A program made the translations under genes and the position numbers. The notes under the pieces are model-generated. The model was not told the DNA's origin, did no database searches, and was given only the letters and a program-made list of their open reading frames with translations. Below are positions 18,210 through 28,634 of a DNA stretch of 64,000 nucleotides, piece by piece. The first letter of the stretch is position 1; each line of letters opens with the position of its first letter. Origin of the DNA: Deltaproteobacteria bacterium (GTDB lineage Bacteria > Myxococcota_A > UBA9160 > SZUA-336); assembly GCA_004356455.1 (NCBI GenBank), contig SMWZ01000147.1, positions 128 through 64,127 of the forward strand. Reading direction: 5' to 3'.

Positions 18210-18945
18210 CCTTTCCCCCCTGTTTGGTGTTCTGAAATTTTCTGAGTGAAACGCTGCCCGGGAAGCGAAGGTCCACCTCGCGGGCCTGGTAACGTTCGAT
18301 CACGCCGCTCGACCGGATCCGCAGCCACGCCCGCAGACTCGCGTCGGGATCGGGCCCGACGCGAATCCGAAGGTCTCGCTCGGCCAGCTGGATACGCAGA
18401 TCGGTCGGGGACCGAACCTCCACCGCGGCGACCGCGATCCCGAGCTCCTGTGCCGCCCGCAGGAGCGGGAGCGCCCATTTCACCTCGCCTCGCACGCTCG
18501 TGAGCGAGTCGCTCTCGTGGGCGACGAGCTCGAAGCGCGCTCCATCGAGTGAGATGCCCTGGCGGTGCCCGGCGAGGCGCGCGATGGGAACGTGCTCTTC
18601 GATCTCCACCACCAGCCGGTCGGGAGGGATGCGTGCCGCGACGCAGCTCGCGACCCGACTGTGCGAGGAGAGCTTCTCGATCACGGCGTCCAGATCCAGG
18701 TCGATCAGCGGGATACTCGCATGCAGGCCCGCGCGCCGCAGCAGCTGGGCTGGAGCCAGCGTCTTGAGACCGATGAACTCGACCACCGCCAGCTGAAAAC
18801 GCGGTGCGCGCGCCTTCTCCGCCAGCCAGGCCAGCGCTGCATCGCTGCTGCGGACGTGGAATACCAGGCCTCCGCTGAGCACGGCCCCGAGCGCGACCAG
18901 CGCGGTCCATCTCGGGCCGCGGCCCGACTTGCGGCTGTGCCTCAT
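18196..18945 (-). CDS. ftsQ: cell division protein FtsQ (POTRA domain)
   Basis: N-terminal TM plus a POTRA-like region, positioned between murB and ftsA. ATGA overlap with the murB stop. Confidence 0.85.
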   Translation of the reverse strand: MRHSRKSGRGPRWTALVALGAVLSGGLVFHVRSSDAALAWLAEKARAPRFQLAVVEFIGLKTLAPAQLLRRAGLHASIPLIDLDLDAVIEKLSSHSRVASCVAARIPPDRLVVEIEEHVPIARLAGHRQGISLDGARFELVAHESDSLTSVRGEVKWALPLLRAAQELGIAVAAVEVRSPTDLRIQLAERDLRIRVGPDPDASLRAWLRIRSSGVIERYQAREVDLRFPGSVSLRKFQNTKQGGKDGSS

Positions 18946-19895
18946 GACTCCTCCCCCAGCACCCGCACCTCGGGCTCGAGCTCGATGCCGAACTGGCGCA
19001 GCACCTCCGTGCGCGCTCGATCCACGAGTTGCAGCACGTCCACAGTCGTGGCTTCACCGCGGTTGACGATGAAGTTGGCGTGGACGGTCGAGATCTCGGC
19101 GCCGCCCGCGCGCTGGCCCTTGAGACCCGCACTCTCGATCAGGCGTCCGGCGGCGTCCCCCGGGGGGTTCTTGAAAACCGAACCGCAGGAGAGCCGGTTG
19201 AGGGGCTGGCTCTCGCGGCGTTTGGTCAGGAGCTGGCGCATCCGGGCACGAATCTCATTGGGCTCGGCGGGCTGCATACGGAAGCGCGCCGCGAGCAGCA
19301 CGCTGTGCGCGGGGACCTCGAGCGCGCGGTAGCGGAACCGGATCTGCTCGGCCTCCAGCTCCTGCACGTGACCCGTGACGGGGTCCATCAGCTCGATGCG
19401 ATCCACCACGTCCTTCATCTCGCGCGACCCGATGCCTGCATTCATTGCCAGCCAGCCTCCCACGCTGCCGGGGATGCCGACCGCGAACTCGAGCCCGCTG
19501 AGCCCTTGCGCCGCGCAGAAGCGGGTGACGCTGGAGTGGGACGCCCCGCTCTCCGCCCGTACGCCGCCCGCGTCATCGCGCTCGAGCGTGCGCAGTCCGG
19601 AGAGGCGCAGCACCAGAGCGCGTAGGCCGGCGTCGGGCACAATGGTGTTGAAGCCCGCGCCCAGGACGTGCAGCGGAAGCTCGTGCTCGCGGCAGAGCGC
19701 GATGACCCGTGCCAGCTCCGCGCGCGACGCGGGGCGCGCGAACGCGTCTGCGGGTCCACCCACGCGCAGGGAGGTGTGCTTCGACATGGGCTCGTCGAAG
19801 GAGACCCGCTCCCCGAGCAGGGCCACGAGCTGGTCTTTGAGAGACGCGTCAATCGTCGCATCCTCCCTCGTTCTCCTCCAGAAAGCGCGCCGCAA
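18942..19895 (-). CDS. murB: UDP-N-acetylenolpyruvoylglucosamine reductase
   Basis: HTSLRVGGPADAF, GAGFNTIV and SCGSVFKNP motifs. The only in-frame start is TTG 19895, 47 nt inside murC, so the start is uncertain. Confidence 0.88.
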   Translation of the reverse strand: MRRAFWRRTREDATIDASLKDQLVALLGERVSFDEPMSKHTSLRVGGPADAFARPASRAELARVIALCREHELPLHVLGAGFNTIVPDAGLRALVLRLSGLRTLERDDAGGVRAESGASHSSVTRFCAAQGLSGLEFAVGIPGSVGGWLAMNAGIGSREMKDVVDRIELMDPVTGHVQELEAEQIRFRYRALEVPAHSVLLAARFRMQPAEPNEIRARMRQLLTKRRESQPLNRLSCGSVFKNPPGDAAGRLIESAGLKGQRAGGAEISTVHANFIVNRGEATTVDVLQLVDRARTEVLRQFGIELEPEVRVLGEES

Positions 19896-21231
19896 GCTGG
19901 CCGATGTCGCCCGCGCCCATGAAGATCAGGGCGTCTCCCGCGCGCACGAGCTGGCGCAGCTTCGATACCACCTCGCCCGCTTCGGCCACCCAGTGCACCT
20001 CGCGATGTCCGTGCCCCCGAATCGCCTCGACCAGATCGCGGGCCTCGACCCCATGGAGCTTGCTCTCGCCCGCCGCGTAGATCTCGGTCACGAGCAGAAC
20101 GTCTGAATCGTGAAAGGCGTGTGCGAACTCGCCGAACAGATCGCGGGTACGCGTGTAGCGATGGGGCTGGAACGCGGCCACGATGCGGCGTCCCAGGCCT
20201 TCCCGCGCGGCCGCCAGCGTGGCGCGGATCTCGGTGGGGTGGTGCGCGTAGTCGTCGATCACCAGCACGCCTTCCCGCTCTCCTCGGATCTCGAAGCGTC
20301 GCTCGACGCCTTCGAACTCCTCCAGCGCGCGCTGGATATCCGTGAAGGCCACATCGAACTCGAGGCCGACCGCGATCGCAGCCAGGGCGTTACGCGCGTT
20401 ATGGATGCCCGGCATCTGGAGCCGAATCGGGCCGAGCTTTCTTCCCTCTTGCTTGGCCACGAAACGAGTCTCTAGACCTTGAACGGAGACCTCCTCCGCG
20501 GAGATCTGCGCCTGAGCCGATAGGCCGTAGGTGCGCACGCGACGTGTGATGTCAGGCAGCAGCGCTTGCACGTTCGGATCATCCAGGCAGAGCACGCAGG
20601 CGCCGTAGAAGGGAACCCGGTTGGCAAATTGCAGGAAGGCTTCGTTCAAGCGCTCGAAGCTCTGGTAGTGATCGATGTGCTCGCGATCGATGTTTGTGAC
20701 CACGACGAGCGTCGGGATCAGATGCAGGAAAGAGCCGTCGCTCTCGTCGGCCTCGGCCACGAGCACGTCGCCGCTCCCCAGCCGGGAGTTCGTGCCGAGA
20801 CTCTTGACCAGCCCGCCCACGATGATGGTGGGATCCAGTCCGCCGGTCTGCAGCACTGCACCCACGAGCGAGGTGGTGGTGGTCTTACCGTGCGAGCCCG
20901 CGATGGCCACGCTGTACCGGATCCGCATCAGCTCGGCGAGCATCTCCGCACGTGGAATCACGGGGATATGGGCCTCGTGCGCCGCCTGCAGCTCGGGGTT
21001 CGTTGCGGGGACGGCCGATGAGTAGACCAGCACGTGAGCGCGGCCCACATTGGCCGCGTCGTGGCCAATCGTGACGGGAATGCCGAGACTGCCCAGGCGC
21101 CGGGTGGCCGAGCTCACGCGCAGGTCCGAGCCAGACACTGAATACCCGCTGGCGTGCAGGATCTCCGCCAGGCCGGACATGCCGATCCCGCCGATTCCCA
21201 CGAAGTACACGCGTTGTATGCGACGAATCAA
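19849..21231 (-). CDS. murC: UDP-N-acetylmuramate--L-alanine ligase
   Basis: VYFVGIGGIGMSGLA and IAGSHGKTTTTS motifs. Start set at TTG 21231 (M-IRRIQRVYF), preceded by GAGGGAG, 13 nt after the murG stop. Confidence 0.92.
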   Translation of the reverse strand: MIRRIQRVYFVGIGGIGMSGLAEILHASGYSVSGSDLRVSSATRRLGSLGIPVTIGHDAANVGRAHVLVYSSAVPATNPELQAAHEAHIPVIPRAEMLAELMRIRYSVAIAGSHGKTTTTSLVGAVLQTGGLDPTIIVGGLVKSLGTNSRLGSGDVLVAEADESDGSFLHLIPTLVVVTNIDREHIDHYQSFERLNEAFLQFANRVPFYGACVLCLDDPNVQALLPDITRRVRTYGLSAQAQISAEEVSVQGLETRFVAKQEGRKLGPIRLQMPGIHNARNALAAIAVGLEFDVAFTDIQRALEEFEGVERRFEIRGEREGVLVIDDYAHHPTEIRATLAAAREGLGRRIVAAFQPHRYTRTRDLFGEFAHAFHDSDVLLVTEIYAAGESKLHGVEARDLVEAIRGHGHREVHWVAEAGEVVSKLRQLVRAGDALIFMGAGDIGQLAARFLEENEGGCDD

Positions 21232-21244
21232 GCTCTCTTCTCCC

Positions 21245-22309
21245 TCAGAGCCAGCTGCGGCACAGCTTCCAGATGCGCTCGGCGGCGTCGGGCCGGGCGC
21301 GCTGTGCTGCCGCCTCGGCCATGCGTTGCCGCCGCGGCGCGTCCGCTGCCAGCGCCCGTACCTCGGGCGCCAGACGCCGGGCAAGCTCGGCGTCGGGAAT
21401 CACCAGGCAAGCACCCGAGCGCTCGAGATCGCGCGCGTTGGCGAGCTGGTGATTGTCCGCGGCGTAGGGGTAGGGCACGAGAATCGAGGGCGCGCCCGTC
21501 ATGCACAGCTCGGCCACGGTGGCGGCACCCGCGCGGGCCACGACCAGATCGGCCTGGGCCAGACGCTCGGGTAGGTCCTCGTAGAACGGTGCGAGCTCGG
21601 CCCGCACGCCGGCCTGCTCATAGGCCGCGCGTACCTCCTCGAAGTGTGCCGCACCGGTCTGATGCGTGATGCGAAAGCCGTCGCGCTCGCTGAGCTGGTC
21701 GAGCACCGCTGTGATCGCTCGGTTGAGCGAACGGGCGCCCTGACTTCCGCCCAGCACCAGCAGGCGCAGCACGTCCTCACTGGAGCCCGAGTTGCCGCGC
21801 GGCATGGCCCGCACGGGGAAGCCCAGCAGGTGCGCGCGGCCGCGCGGGAAGTAGTCCAGCGCTTCCTCGAACTGTACGAAGACGGCGCGGGCGAAGCGGC
21901 CGAGCAGGCGGTTGGCGCGACCCGCACGCGCATTCGGCTCGAGCAAGGCGGTGGGAACGCCGGCGAGCAGAGCGGCCGTGACCGTGGGGACCGACGCGTA
22001 GCCGCCGACGCCGATCACGAGGTCCGCCTGCGCCTGGCGTAGGAGGCGTCGCGCGTGCACGACGCCGCGCAGCAGCGAGATGATTCCGCGCAGCGCCGCC
22101 AGCGGGCCCTTTCCCAATACGGGCCGACTCGGAACCAGGTCGAGTGGGTAGCCCGCCGCGGGCACGTGGCGCGTCTCGAGTCCGCCCTCCGTGCCCACAA
22201 ACTGGATGTGCACCCCGGGCTCGCGTTTGCGGATGGCATCCGCCAGCGCCAGGGCCGGGAAGATATGGCCGCCCGTACCGCCACCCGCGAGCACGACTGC
22301 TAGCGCCAT
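21245..22309 (-). CDS. murG: undecaprenyldiphospho-muramoylpentapeptide beta-N-acetylglucosaminyltransferase
   Basis: LAGGGTGGHIFPALALA N-terminus and cluster position. Confidence 0.92.
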   Translation of the reverse strand: MALAVVLAGGGTGGHIFPALALADAIRKREPGVHIQFVGTEGGLETRHVPAAGYPLDLVPSRPVLGKGPLAALRGIISLLRGVVHARRLLRQAQADLVIGVGGYASVPTVTAALLAGVPTALLEPNARAGRANRLLGRFARAVFVQFEEALDYFPRGRAHLLGFPVRAMPRGNSGSSEDVLRLLVLGGSQGARSLNRAITAVLDQLSERDGFRITHQTGAAHFEEVRAAYEQAGVRAELAPFYEDLPERLAQADLVVARAGAATVAELCMTGAPSILVPYPYAADNHQLANARDLERSGACLVIPDAELARRLAPEVRALAADAPRRQRMAEAAAQRARPDAAERIWKLCRSWL

Positions 22310-23412
22310 CCCTTCCTCCCGGGTTTCTTGGGCCGCGCGACGTTGAGCACGAGCCCGATGGCCGCAAGGCTGACCACCAGGGAAGAGCGTCCGTACGAGA
22401 AGAGCGGGAGGGTCGTGCCCTTGGTCGGAAGCGCACCCATCGCCACACCGGCGTTCACCAGGCCCTGGAGCCAGATCAGCAGGCTCGCGCCCGTGGCCAC
22501 GAGCATGGCGAAGGTATCGCGCGCGCGAGAGGCAATCCCGATCGCCGCCACACCCACTATGGCGAAGCAGACCAGCACCGTAAGTACACCGATCAGGCCC
22601 ACCTCCTCACCCACGACGGACAGGATGAAGTCGGTGTGCGCCTCGGGTAGATAGCCGAGCTTCTGCTGTCCCGCGCCCAGACCTGTGCCCGCGATGCCGC
22701 CGGCGCCGAACGCGAGCAGGGACTGCACCAGCTGGTAGCCGTTCCCGAGCGGGTCGGCCCAGGGATCGAGGAAGCTGCGCAGCCGGTTTACGCGATAGCC
22801 CGCTCCCAGTGCCACCACGGCCAGGGCGGGAAGCGCGATCAGCCCGGTTGCGGCCAGATGCGTGATGCGCGCGCCGGCTGCGAAACAGAGCGTGCCCGCG
22901 AAGAGCAGGAGCATCAGGGCGCCGCCGAAATCGGGTTGCAGCAACAGCACCAGCGCCGGAATACCCGCTAGCAGGGCCGGCACCCCGACCGCGAAGCGGT
23001 AGTCACGCAGCCGTATTTGCTGATCGCTGAGCCAGCGCGCGAGCGCCAGCACCAGCGCCAGCTTGGCGATCTCGAGCGGCTGAAACATGAAGCCGCTGCC
23101 CAACGCAAGCCAGCGCCGCGCGTGGTTTGCCTCCACTCCCAGGGAGCTGAGCGTGGCGATCAGTGCCACCAGCGCCAGGCCCCATCCCAGATAGCTCATG
23201 CGACGGATCGCCCCCAGCGGCACACGCCAGGCGAGCAGGGCCACGAGCAGGCCCAGCGCCAGCCCCATGGTCTGGCGCCAGAAGTACACGGAGGAGCTGC
23301 CGAAGCTGATCTCTGCGCGCAGCGCGCTCGCGCTGTACACCATCACCAGCCCCGTGCCCGCGAGGAACGTCGCACTCACCAGCAGATGTGGCGTTCCGAC
23401 CCGACTCAGCAT
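22300..23412 (-). CDS. ftsW: SEDS-family lipid II flippase/peptidoglycan polymerase FtsW
   Basis: Multi-TM SEDS sequence (FQPLEIAKL, LPEAHTDFI, TKGTTLPLFSYGRSS). Start ATG 23412 overlaps the murD stop. The tracked 504-aa ORF has a spurious Arg-rich N-terminus. Confidence 0.9.
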   Translation of the reverse strand: MLSRVGTPHLLVSATFLAGTGLVMVYSASALRAEISFGSSSVYFWRQTMGLALGLLVALLAWRVPLGAIRRMSYLGWGLALVALIATLSSLGVEANHARRWLALGSGFMFQPLEIAKLALVLALARWLSDQQIRLRDYRFAVGVPALLAGIPALVLLLQPDFGGALMLLLFAGTLCFAAGARITHLAATGLIALPALAVVALGAGYRVNRLRSFLDPWADPLGNGYQLVQSLLAFGAGGIAGTGLGAGQQKLGYLPEAHTDFILSVVGEEVGLIGVLTVLVCFAIVGVAAIGIASRARDTFAMLVATGASLLIWLQGLVNAGVAMGALPTKGTTLPLFSYGRSSLVVSLAAIGLVLNVARPKKPGRKGWR

Positions 23413-24713
23413 GCGATCTCCCCGGGCAGCGCCCGCGCCAGCTCCGCAAAGCGCCGGCCGCGCGCCTCGAAGGATGGGAACTGGTCGAAGCTCGAGCAGG
23501 CGGGCGCGAGCAGGACGGTGTCGCCGGGGCGCGCGCGCTGGGCGGCCAGCGCGACCGCCTCGTCCAGCGATCCGACGCGCGCGATCGTCGTCCGATCGCC
23601 GAGCGCGCCGGCGAGCTCGGGCGCGGCCTCGCCGAAGAGGATCGCCGCGCGTACGTTTCCCAGGATCTCGGCCAGCGGGCCAAAGTCCAGACCCTTGCTG
23701 CGACCACCGGCGAGCCAGAGCGTGGGGGAGGGCTGGGATGCAAGGCTGAGGGCCGCGGCCGCGGGGTTGGTGGCCTTCGAATCGTCGACGTAGCGCACGC
23801 GTGCACGCGTGCAAACGAGCTGCGCCCGGTGGGGCAGTCCCTCGAAGCTCTCACTCACCGAACGGATGGCCTCCAGCTCGGCTCCCGCCGCGTGCGCGGC
23901 CAGCATGGCGGCCAGCGTATTGGTCACGGGCACGCGGCAGGCGGGGGCGAGCGCGTCCGCTGCGAGTCGCAGCAGCTCCTGTCCGCTCTCGTAGAGCACG
24001 AGGTCCTTGCCATCGATGCTGGCGCCGTGCGAGAGCTTGCTCTGCTGACTGAACCCGAGCGTGCGCGCCACGGCTCCCTCGGCCACGCTCCGCGCCCAGG
24101 TATCGTCCGCGTTGAAGATGAGGCTGCCGTCCTGCGGCTGCAGCTCCGCGATGCGGGCCTTGGCCGCGCCGTACGCCTCGAGCGTGCCATGACGATCGAG
24201 GTGGTCGGGGGCCAGGTTTAGCAGCACGCCCACGTGCACGCGGAGCTCGCGCGCGTGTTCGAGCTGAAAGCTCGAGAGCTCGGCCACCACCCGGTCCGCG
24301 GGCTCATCGACCAGCCTGCAGAGGGGCTCACCCAGGTTTCCGCCCACCGGGACCGTGAGGCCGCTCTGGCGCAGCATCGCAGCGATCAGCACGGCGGTGG
24401 TGCTCTTGCCGTTGGTGCCGGTCACTCCGATCAGCGGCGCGCGCAGGTGCGGAGCGGCCAGATCGATCTCGGGCACGAGCTTGGGGTGCGGCGGGACGGG
24501 AAAGCCGGGACTCGTCACCACGCGCTCGAAGCGGTCGAAGGCAGGAAGCTCCGCGCCCGAGAGTCCCTCGACAGCGGGCTCGAGCGCGTCGAGACGGTTA
24601 CGGTCACGGTCGTAGGCGCTCACGGCTGCGCCCTGTCGCCGCAGCAGCTGCACCGCGGCCATGCCCGAGCGTCCCAGGCCCAGAACCAGAATATTTTGCC
24701 CCGCGTAGCTCAT
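23406..24713 (-). CDS. murD: UDP-N-acetylmuramoylalanine--D-glutamate ligase
   Basis: ILVLGLGRSGMAA and GVTGTNGKSTT motifs. ATGA overlap with the mraY stop at 24710-24713. Confidence 0.92.
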   Translation of the reverse strand: MSYAGQNILVLGLGRSGMAAVQLLRRQGAAVSAYDRDRNRLDALEPAVEGLSGAELPAFDRFERVVTSPGFPVPPHPKLVPEIDLAAPHLRAPLIGVTGTNGKSTTAVLIAAMLRQSGLTVPVGGNLGEPLCRLVDEPADRVVAELSSFQLEHARELRVHVGVLLNLAPDHLDRHGTLEAYGAAKARIAELQPQDGSLIFNADDTWARSVAEGAVARTLGFSQQSKLSHGASIDGKDLVLYESGQELLRLAADALAPACRVPVTNTLAAMLAAHAAGAELEAIRSVSESFEGLPHRAQLVCTRARVRYVDDSKATNPAAAALSLASQPSPTLWLAGGRSKGLDFGPLAEILGNVRAAILFGEAAPELAGALGDRTTIARVGSLDEAVALAAQRARPGDTVLLAPACSSFDQFPSFEARGRRFAELARALPGEIAC

Positions 24714-25786
24714 CGTAGCTTCAGGAGCGACAGGGCGACCAGGCCCAGAATCACCGAGATAATCCAGAAGCGCACGATGATCTGGGGCTCGGGCCAGCCC
24801 TTGAGCTCGTAGTGGTGATGGATCGGTGCCATGCGGAAGACGCGTCGCCCGCGCAGCTTGAAGGAGGCGACCTGCACGATCACCGAGAACATCTCGACCA
24901 TGAAAATGCCGCCGGCGATGATGAGAACGATCTCCTGTCGAATCACGATCGCCATCACGCCCAGAGCACCGCCCAGCGCCAGTGAGCCCGTATCTCCCAT
25001 GAAGAGCGATGCGGGATAGGTGTTGAACCAGAGGAAGCCGAGCCCCGCCCCCAGCATCGAGGTACAGAAGATGGCCAGGGTGCCCGCGCCCGGAATGTAT
25101 TTGAGCTCCAGGTAGTCGGCGAGCACGCGGTGGCCGCAGACGTAGGCGAAGAGACCGATCACCGCGGCGGTGATCAGCACCGGACCGATCGCGAGCCCGT
25201 CCAGTCCGTCGGTCAGGTTGACCGCGTTGGAGAAGCCGACGATCAGCAAAACCGTGACCGGGATGTACGCCGCCCCAAGCGAGGGGTGGAAGTCCTTGAG
25301 CAGCGGCAGCGAGATCTCGGCGTCGAAGGCGGGCAGGAGGTAGAGGGCGATCGCCGCGGCGCTGGCGATCGCGAACTGCCAGAACAGCTTGGTGCGGGCC
25401 CGGATGCCCGAGGGGATCTTGCGCACGGCCTTGCGGTAATCGTCGCAGAAGCCGAGCACGCCGCAGCCCAGCGTCACGCCCAGAACGATCCATATATAGG
25501 GGTTCGTCCACTCCGCCCAGAGCAGCGTGCTGGTGATCAACGCGAGCAGAATCAGCACGCCGCCCATGGTCGGGGTGCCCGCTTTTTCCTGGTGCCGATC
25601 CGGAGGATCGTCGCGCACGGTCTGGCCCAGCTGGCGATCCTCGAGCAGTCCGATCAGGGCTGGTCCCACGATGAACGCGATCAGGAGCGCGGTCAGCGCC
25701 GCGCCGATCGAGCGAAAGGTCAGATAGCGGAAGACGTTGAAGGCCGAGATCTGCTCCGCGAGCGGAAACAGCAGGTGGTAGAGCAT
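24710..25786 (-). CDS. mraY: phospho-N-acetylmuramoyl-pentapeptide transferase
   Basis: GTPTMGG, NAVNLTDGLDGLA and FMGDTGSLALGG motifs. Confidence 0.95.
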   Translation of the reverse strand: MLYHLLFPLAEQISAFNVFRYLTFRSIGAALTALLIAFIVGPALIGLLEDRQLGQTVRDDPPDRHQEKAGTPTMGGVLILLALITSTLLWAEWTNPYIWIVLGVTLGCGVLGFCDDYRKAVRKIPSGIRARTKLFWQFAIASAAAIALYLLPAFDAEISLPLLKDFHPSLGAAYIPVTVLLIVGFSNAVNLTDGLDGLAIGPVLITAAVIGLFAYVCGHRVLADYLELKYIPGAGTLAIFCTSMLGAGLGFLWFNTYPASLFMGDTGSLALGGALGVMAIVIRQEIVLIIAGGIFMVEMFSVIVQVASFKLRGRRVFRMAPIHHHYELKGWPEPQIIVRFWIISVILGLVALSLLKLR

Positions 25787-27168
25787 CAGGTGCCCTCCAG
25801 TAGCGCGGCCACCACGCGCTCCATGTGCATCGAGTGAGATCCCTTCACGAGCACGGTGCCCCCCGCCACTGCAAGCCGTCGTACCTCAGCCGCGGCGGCT
25901 GCGGTGTCGGGAACCTCGAGCGCGTTCTCCACGCCCGCCGCGTGAGCGGCGCGCACCGCATGCGCAGCCAGTGGACCCACGCCGATCACAACCTCGACGC
26001 CCAGCCGCGCTGCGAGCTCTCCCACGTCGGCATGGAGCTGTTCGGCCTCGGGCCCGAGCTCCAGCATGTCGCCGAGTACGGTGATGGCTCGACCGCCTGT
26101 GTGAAGCGCGTGCAGTGTATGCAGCGCGGCCTCCATCGACCCGGGGTTGGCGTTGTAGCTGTCGTCGAGCACCGTGAGTCCGCCCGACGCCTGCACTACG
26201 CGCAGGCGGCCGGGTAGGGCCTCGAAGCTCTCGAGGCCCACCCGTACGGCATCCAGTGCTTGTCCTTTGAGGAGCCCCGTGGCCCAGGCCGCGGCGGCTG
26301 CGCAGAGCGCGTTCTCCACCACGTGCCGGCCCGGCACGCGCAGGCGGACCCGGCAGCTCCCCGCGGGCGTCTTCAGGCGGAACGCGCTCTGGGGCGCGTC
26401 CTCTGCCTCGAGCTCCGCCTGAAACTCGGCGTTCGGGGTCAGGCCGAAGTACAGATGCCGGCCTTTGAAGCGATGGGCCTGCGCACACACGTGCGGATCG
26501 TCGGCATTGATCACCGCGGTGCCGTTCGCACGGATATGATCGAAGAGCTCACCCTTGGCGCGTGCGATGGCTTCGAGCGAGCCGAGCGGGCCGAGGTGGG
26601 CCGGCGCCACCTGGATGATCGCGCCCACATCGGGTGAGGCGATGCGCGCCAGCGCATCGATCTCTCCGGCGTGGTTCATCCCCAGCTCCACCACCAGCGC
26701 CTGATCCGTATCCTCGAGCGCGAGCACCGAGAGCGGAAGCCCGATGTGATTGTTCAGGTTGCCGGGGCTGCGGCGCACCCGCAGCCCGGCCTGCGCCAGG
26801 ATCTGTGCGCACAGCTCCTTGGTGGTGGTCTTTCCGTTGGAGCCGGTGATCGCGACCACGGGACCGGCAAAGGCTTGGCGCCGGACCGCGGCGAGCGCAC
26901 CCATGGCGCGCACGGTGTCATCGACACGGATCGTGGGGACGGACAGCGGAGCGTGGCCATTCTGCGAGATCAGGGCCGCGGCAGCGCCGCGTGCAACAGC
27001 CTCCTCCAGAAAGTCGTGTCCGTTGTAGCGCTCGCCCCGCAGCGCGATGAAGAGCTGCCCGGGCTGGATGCTGCGCGTGTCGGTCGAGACTCCGACCAGT
27101 GCGGGGTTCCCGTCGCCTCGTACCTCGCCCCCACAGGCACGGGCGATTTCTTCGACGCGCCAGCTCAA
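25786..27168 (-). CDS. murF: UDP-N-acetylmuramoyl-tripeptide--D-alanyl-D-alanine ligase
   Basis: VSTDTRSIQPGQLFIAL and ITGSNGKTTTKE motifs. TTG start overlaps the murE stop (TTGA). Confidence 0.92.
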   Translation of the reverse strand: MSWRVEEIARACGGEVRGDGNPALVGVSTDTRSIQPGQLFIALRGERYNGHDFLEEAVARGAAAALISQNGHAPLSVPTIRVDDTVRAMGALAAVRRQAFAGPVVAITGSNGKTTTKELCAQILAQAGLRVRRSPGNLNNHIGLPLSVLALEDTDQALVVELGMNHAGEIDALARIASPDVGAIIQVAPAHLGPLGSLEAIARAKGELFDHIRANGTAVINADDPHVCAQAHRFKGRHLYFGLTPNAEFQAELEAEDAPQSAFRLKTPAGSCRVRLRVPGRHVVENALCAAAAAWATGLLKGQALDAVRVGLESFEALPGRLRVVQASGGLTVLDDSYNANPGSMEAALHTLHALHTGGRAITVLGDMLELGPEAEQLHADVGELAARLGVEVVIGVGPLAAHAVRAAHAAGVENALEVPDTAAAAAEVRRLAVAGGTVLVKGSHSMHMERVVAALLEGT

Positions 27169-28634
27169 CTCGTAGCCCCCCGCGCACTCAGCGCCGCGCG
27201 GGCCTCGCTGCGGTCGTCGAAGGGCCGCCGTTCCTGTCCCACGATCTGGTAATCCTCATGGCCCTTACCGGCGATCACCACCACGTCTTGCTTTGCGGCC
27301 GTGGCGATGGCGTGGCGGATGGCCTGGCGTCGGTCTGCGATCACCTCGTAGGAGCCCCTGAGCCCCACGGCCACGTCGCGTAGGATGGCGTCGGGATCCT
27401 CGGTGCGCGGGTTATCACTGGTGGCCACGACGTGGTCGCTGTGACGGCAGGCGGCCTCAGCCATGGGCGCGCGCTTGGTCCGGTCCCGATCGCCGCCGCA
27501 GCCGAAGACCGTGATCAGACGCCCCGCTATGAGCGGGCGCACGCTCCCGAGCACGCGCTCGAGCGCATCAGGCGTGTGCGCGTAGTCGATCAGCACGACC
27601 GGCTCCACGCTTGCCGCCCGCTCGAGTCGTCCGGGGATGGCGGCACACGCGCCCAGGCCCTCGCTGATGTGCGCCCAGCTCATGTCGAGCGCACGCGCGG
27701 TCGCGATGGCTGCGAGCGCGTTGTCGACCTGGAAATCGCCGGCGAGCGGCAGCTGAATCTCGCAGCGATCGTCGCCCAGTTCGACGATAAAGCGCGAGCG
27801 GGCCAGCTCGACCTCTTCCTCGACCGTGCGCAGGTCGGCGCTGGAGCCGGCGCCGCGGCCGAAGGTCCACACGCGCTGACCATGGCTGTGGGCGAGCTCA
27901 GTCAGGCGCGGCGTGAGCGAGTCCTCCGCCTTCAGGATCGCGGGGCCGCCGAGATAGGTCGAGCTGAAGAGCTCCGCCTTGCTGGAGGCGTAGGCCTCCA
28001 TGTCGCCGTGGAAGTCCAGATGGTCCTGGCTGAGGTGGGTGTACACCGCGGCGGCGAAGCGCAGCGTACGGACGCGTCCCAGGGACAAGCTGTGCGAAGA
28101 AACCTCGAGCACTCCGGTCTCGACGCCCGCGTCCCGCATGCGGGCCAGCGTGCGCTGCAAATCCAGGGACTCGGGCGTGGTCAGCCCAGCCGGCTCCTCG
28201 ACGCCTGGGAAACGCACGGAGATAGTCCCGATGCTGCCCACGCGCTGATGTGCCGCGGTTAGGATCGACTCGATCATCCGCACGGTGCTGGTCTTGCCGT
28301 TGGTTCCGGTAACACCGATCAGGGTCATGCTTGCGCCGGGGGTTCCGAAGAAGCGTGCCGCCACCTCGGCCAGAGCCGGGCGCGTGTTCCGCACCACGGC
28401 CACAGGGATCGCCAGACCCTTGAGCGGCTCCTGGCTGAGCACGGCTGCGGCCCCCGCCTCCGCCGCTTGCTGCGCGAAACGATGTCCGTCGCTGCGCGCG
28501 CCGCGCAGCGCGACGAAGAGCGCGCCGGGCTTGACCTGCTGCGAATGGTAGGCGAGCTCTGAGATTACGGTGGACGCATCGCCCGTGATCCGGGCACCGA
28601 GGCCCTCCAGTAGCGCGTCGAGTCGCAGACTCAC
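27165..28634 (-). CDS. murE: UDP-N-acetylmuramoyl-L-alanyl-D-glutamate--2,6-diaminopimelate ligase
   Basis: GVTGTNGKTST and DYAHTPDAL motifs. GTG 28634 overlaps the ftsI stop (GTGA). Confidence 0.9.
   Translation of the reverse strand: MSLRLDALLEGLGARITGDASTVISELAYHSQQVKPGALFVALRGARSDGHRFAQQAAEAGAAAVLSQEPLKGLAIPVAVVRNTRPALAEVAARFFGTPGASMTLIGVTGTNGKTSTVRMIESILTAAHQRVGSIGTISVRFPGVEEPAGLTTPESLDLQRTLARMRDAGVETGVLEVSSHSLSLGRVRTLRFAAAVYTHLSQDHLDFHGDMEAYASSKAELFSSTYLGGPAILKAEDSLTPRLTELAHSHGQRVWTFGRGAGSSADLRTVEEEVELARSRFIVELGDDRCEIQLPLAGDFQVDNALAAIATARALDMSWAHISEGLGACAAIPGRLERAASVEPVVLIDYAHTPDALERVLGSVRPLIAGRLITVFGCGGDRDRTKRAPMAEAACRHSDHVVATSDNPRTEDPDAILRDVAVGLRGSYEVIADRRQAIRHAIATAAKQDVVVIAGKGHEDYQIVGQERRPFDDRSEARAALSARGATS

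Noticed and set aside
18182-19132. 316-aa minus-strand ORF overlapping ftsQ and the murB 3' end
   Set aside because: It is an alternative frame of ftsQ/murB. The ftsQ frame gives a TM-plus-POTRA-like protein with an ATGA junction, whereas this frame is Arg/Ser/Pro-rich.
23406-25511. Very long tracked ORFs for dcw genes (murD 701 aa, ftsI 734 aa, murE 607 aa, ftsW 504 aa, murC 511 aa, rsmH 412 aa)
   Set aside because: The extra N-terminal parts overlap the preceding conserved gene out of frame and are Arg/Pro-rich. Conserved N-terminal motifs begin right at internal ATG/GTG/TTG codons that overlap or abut the upstream stop.
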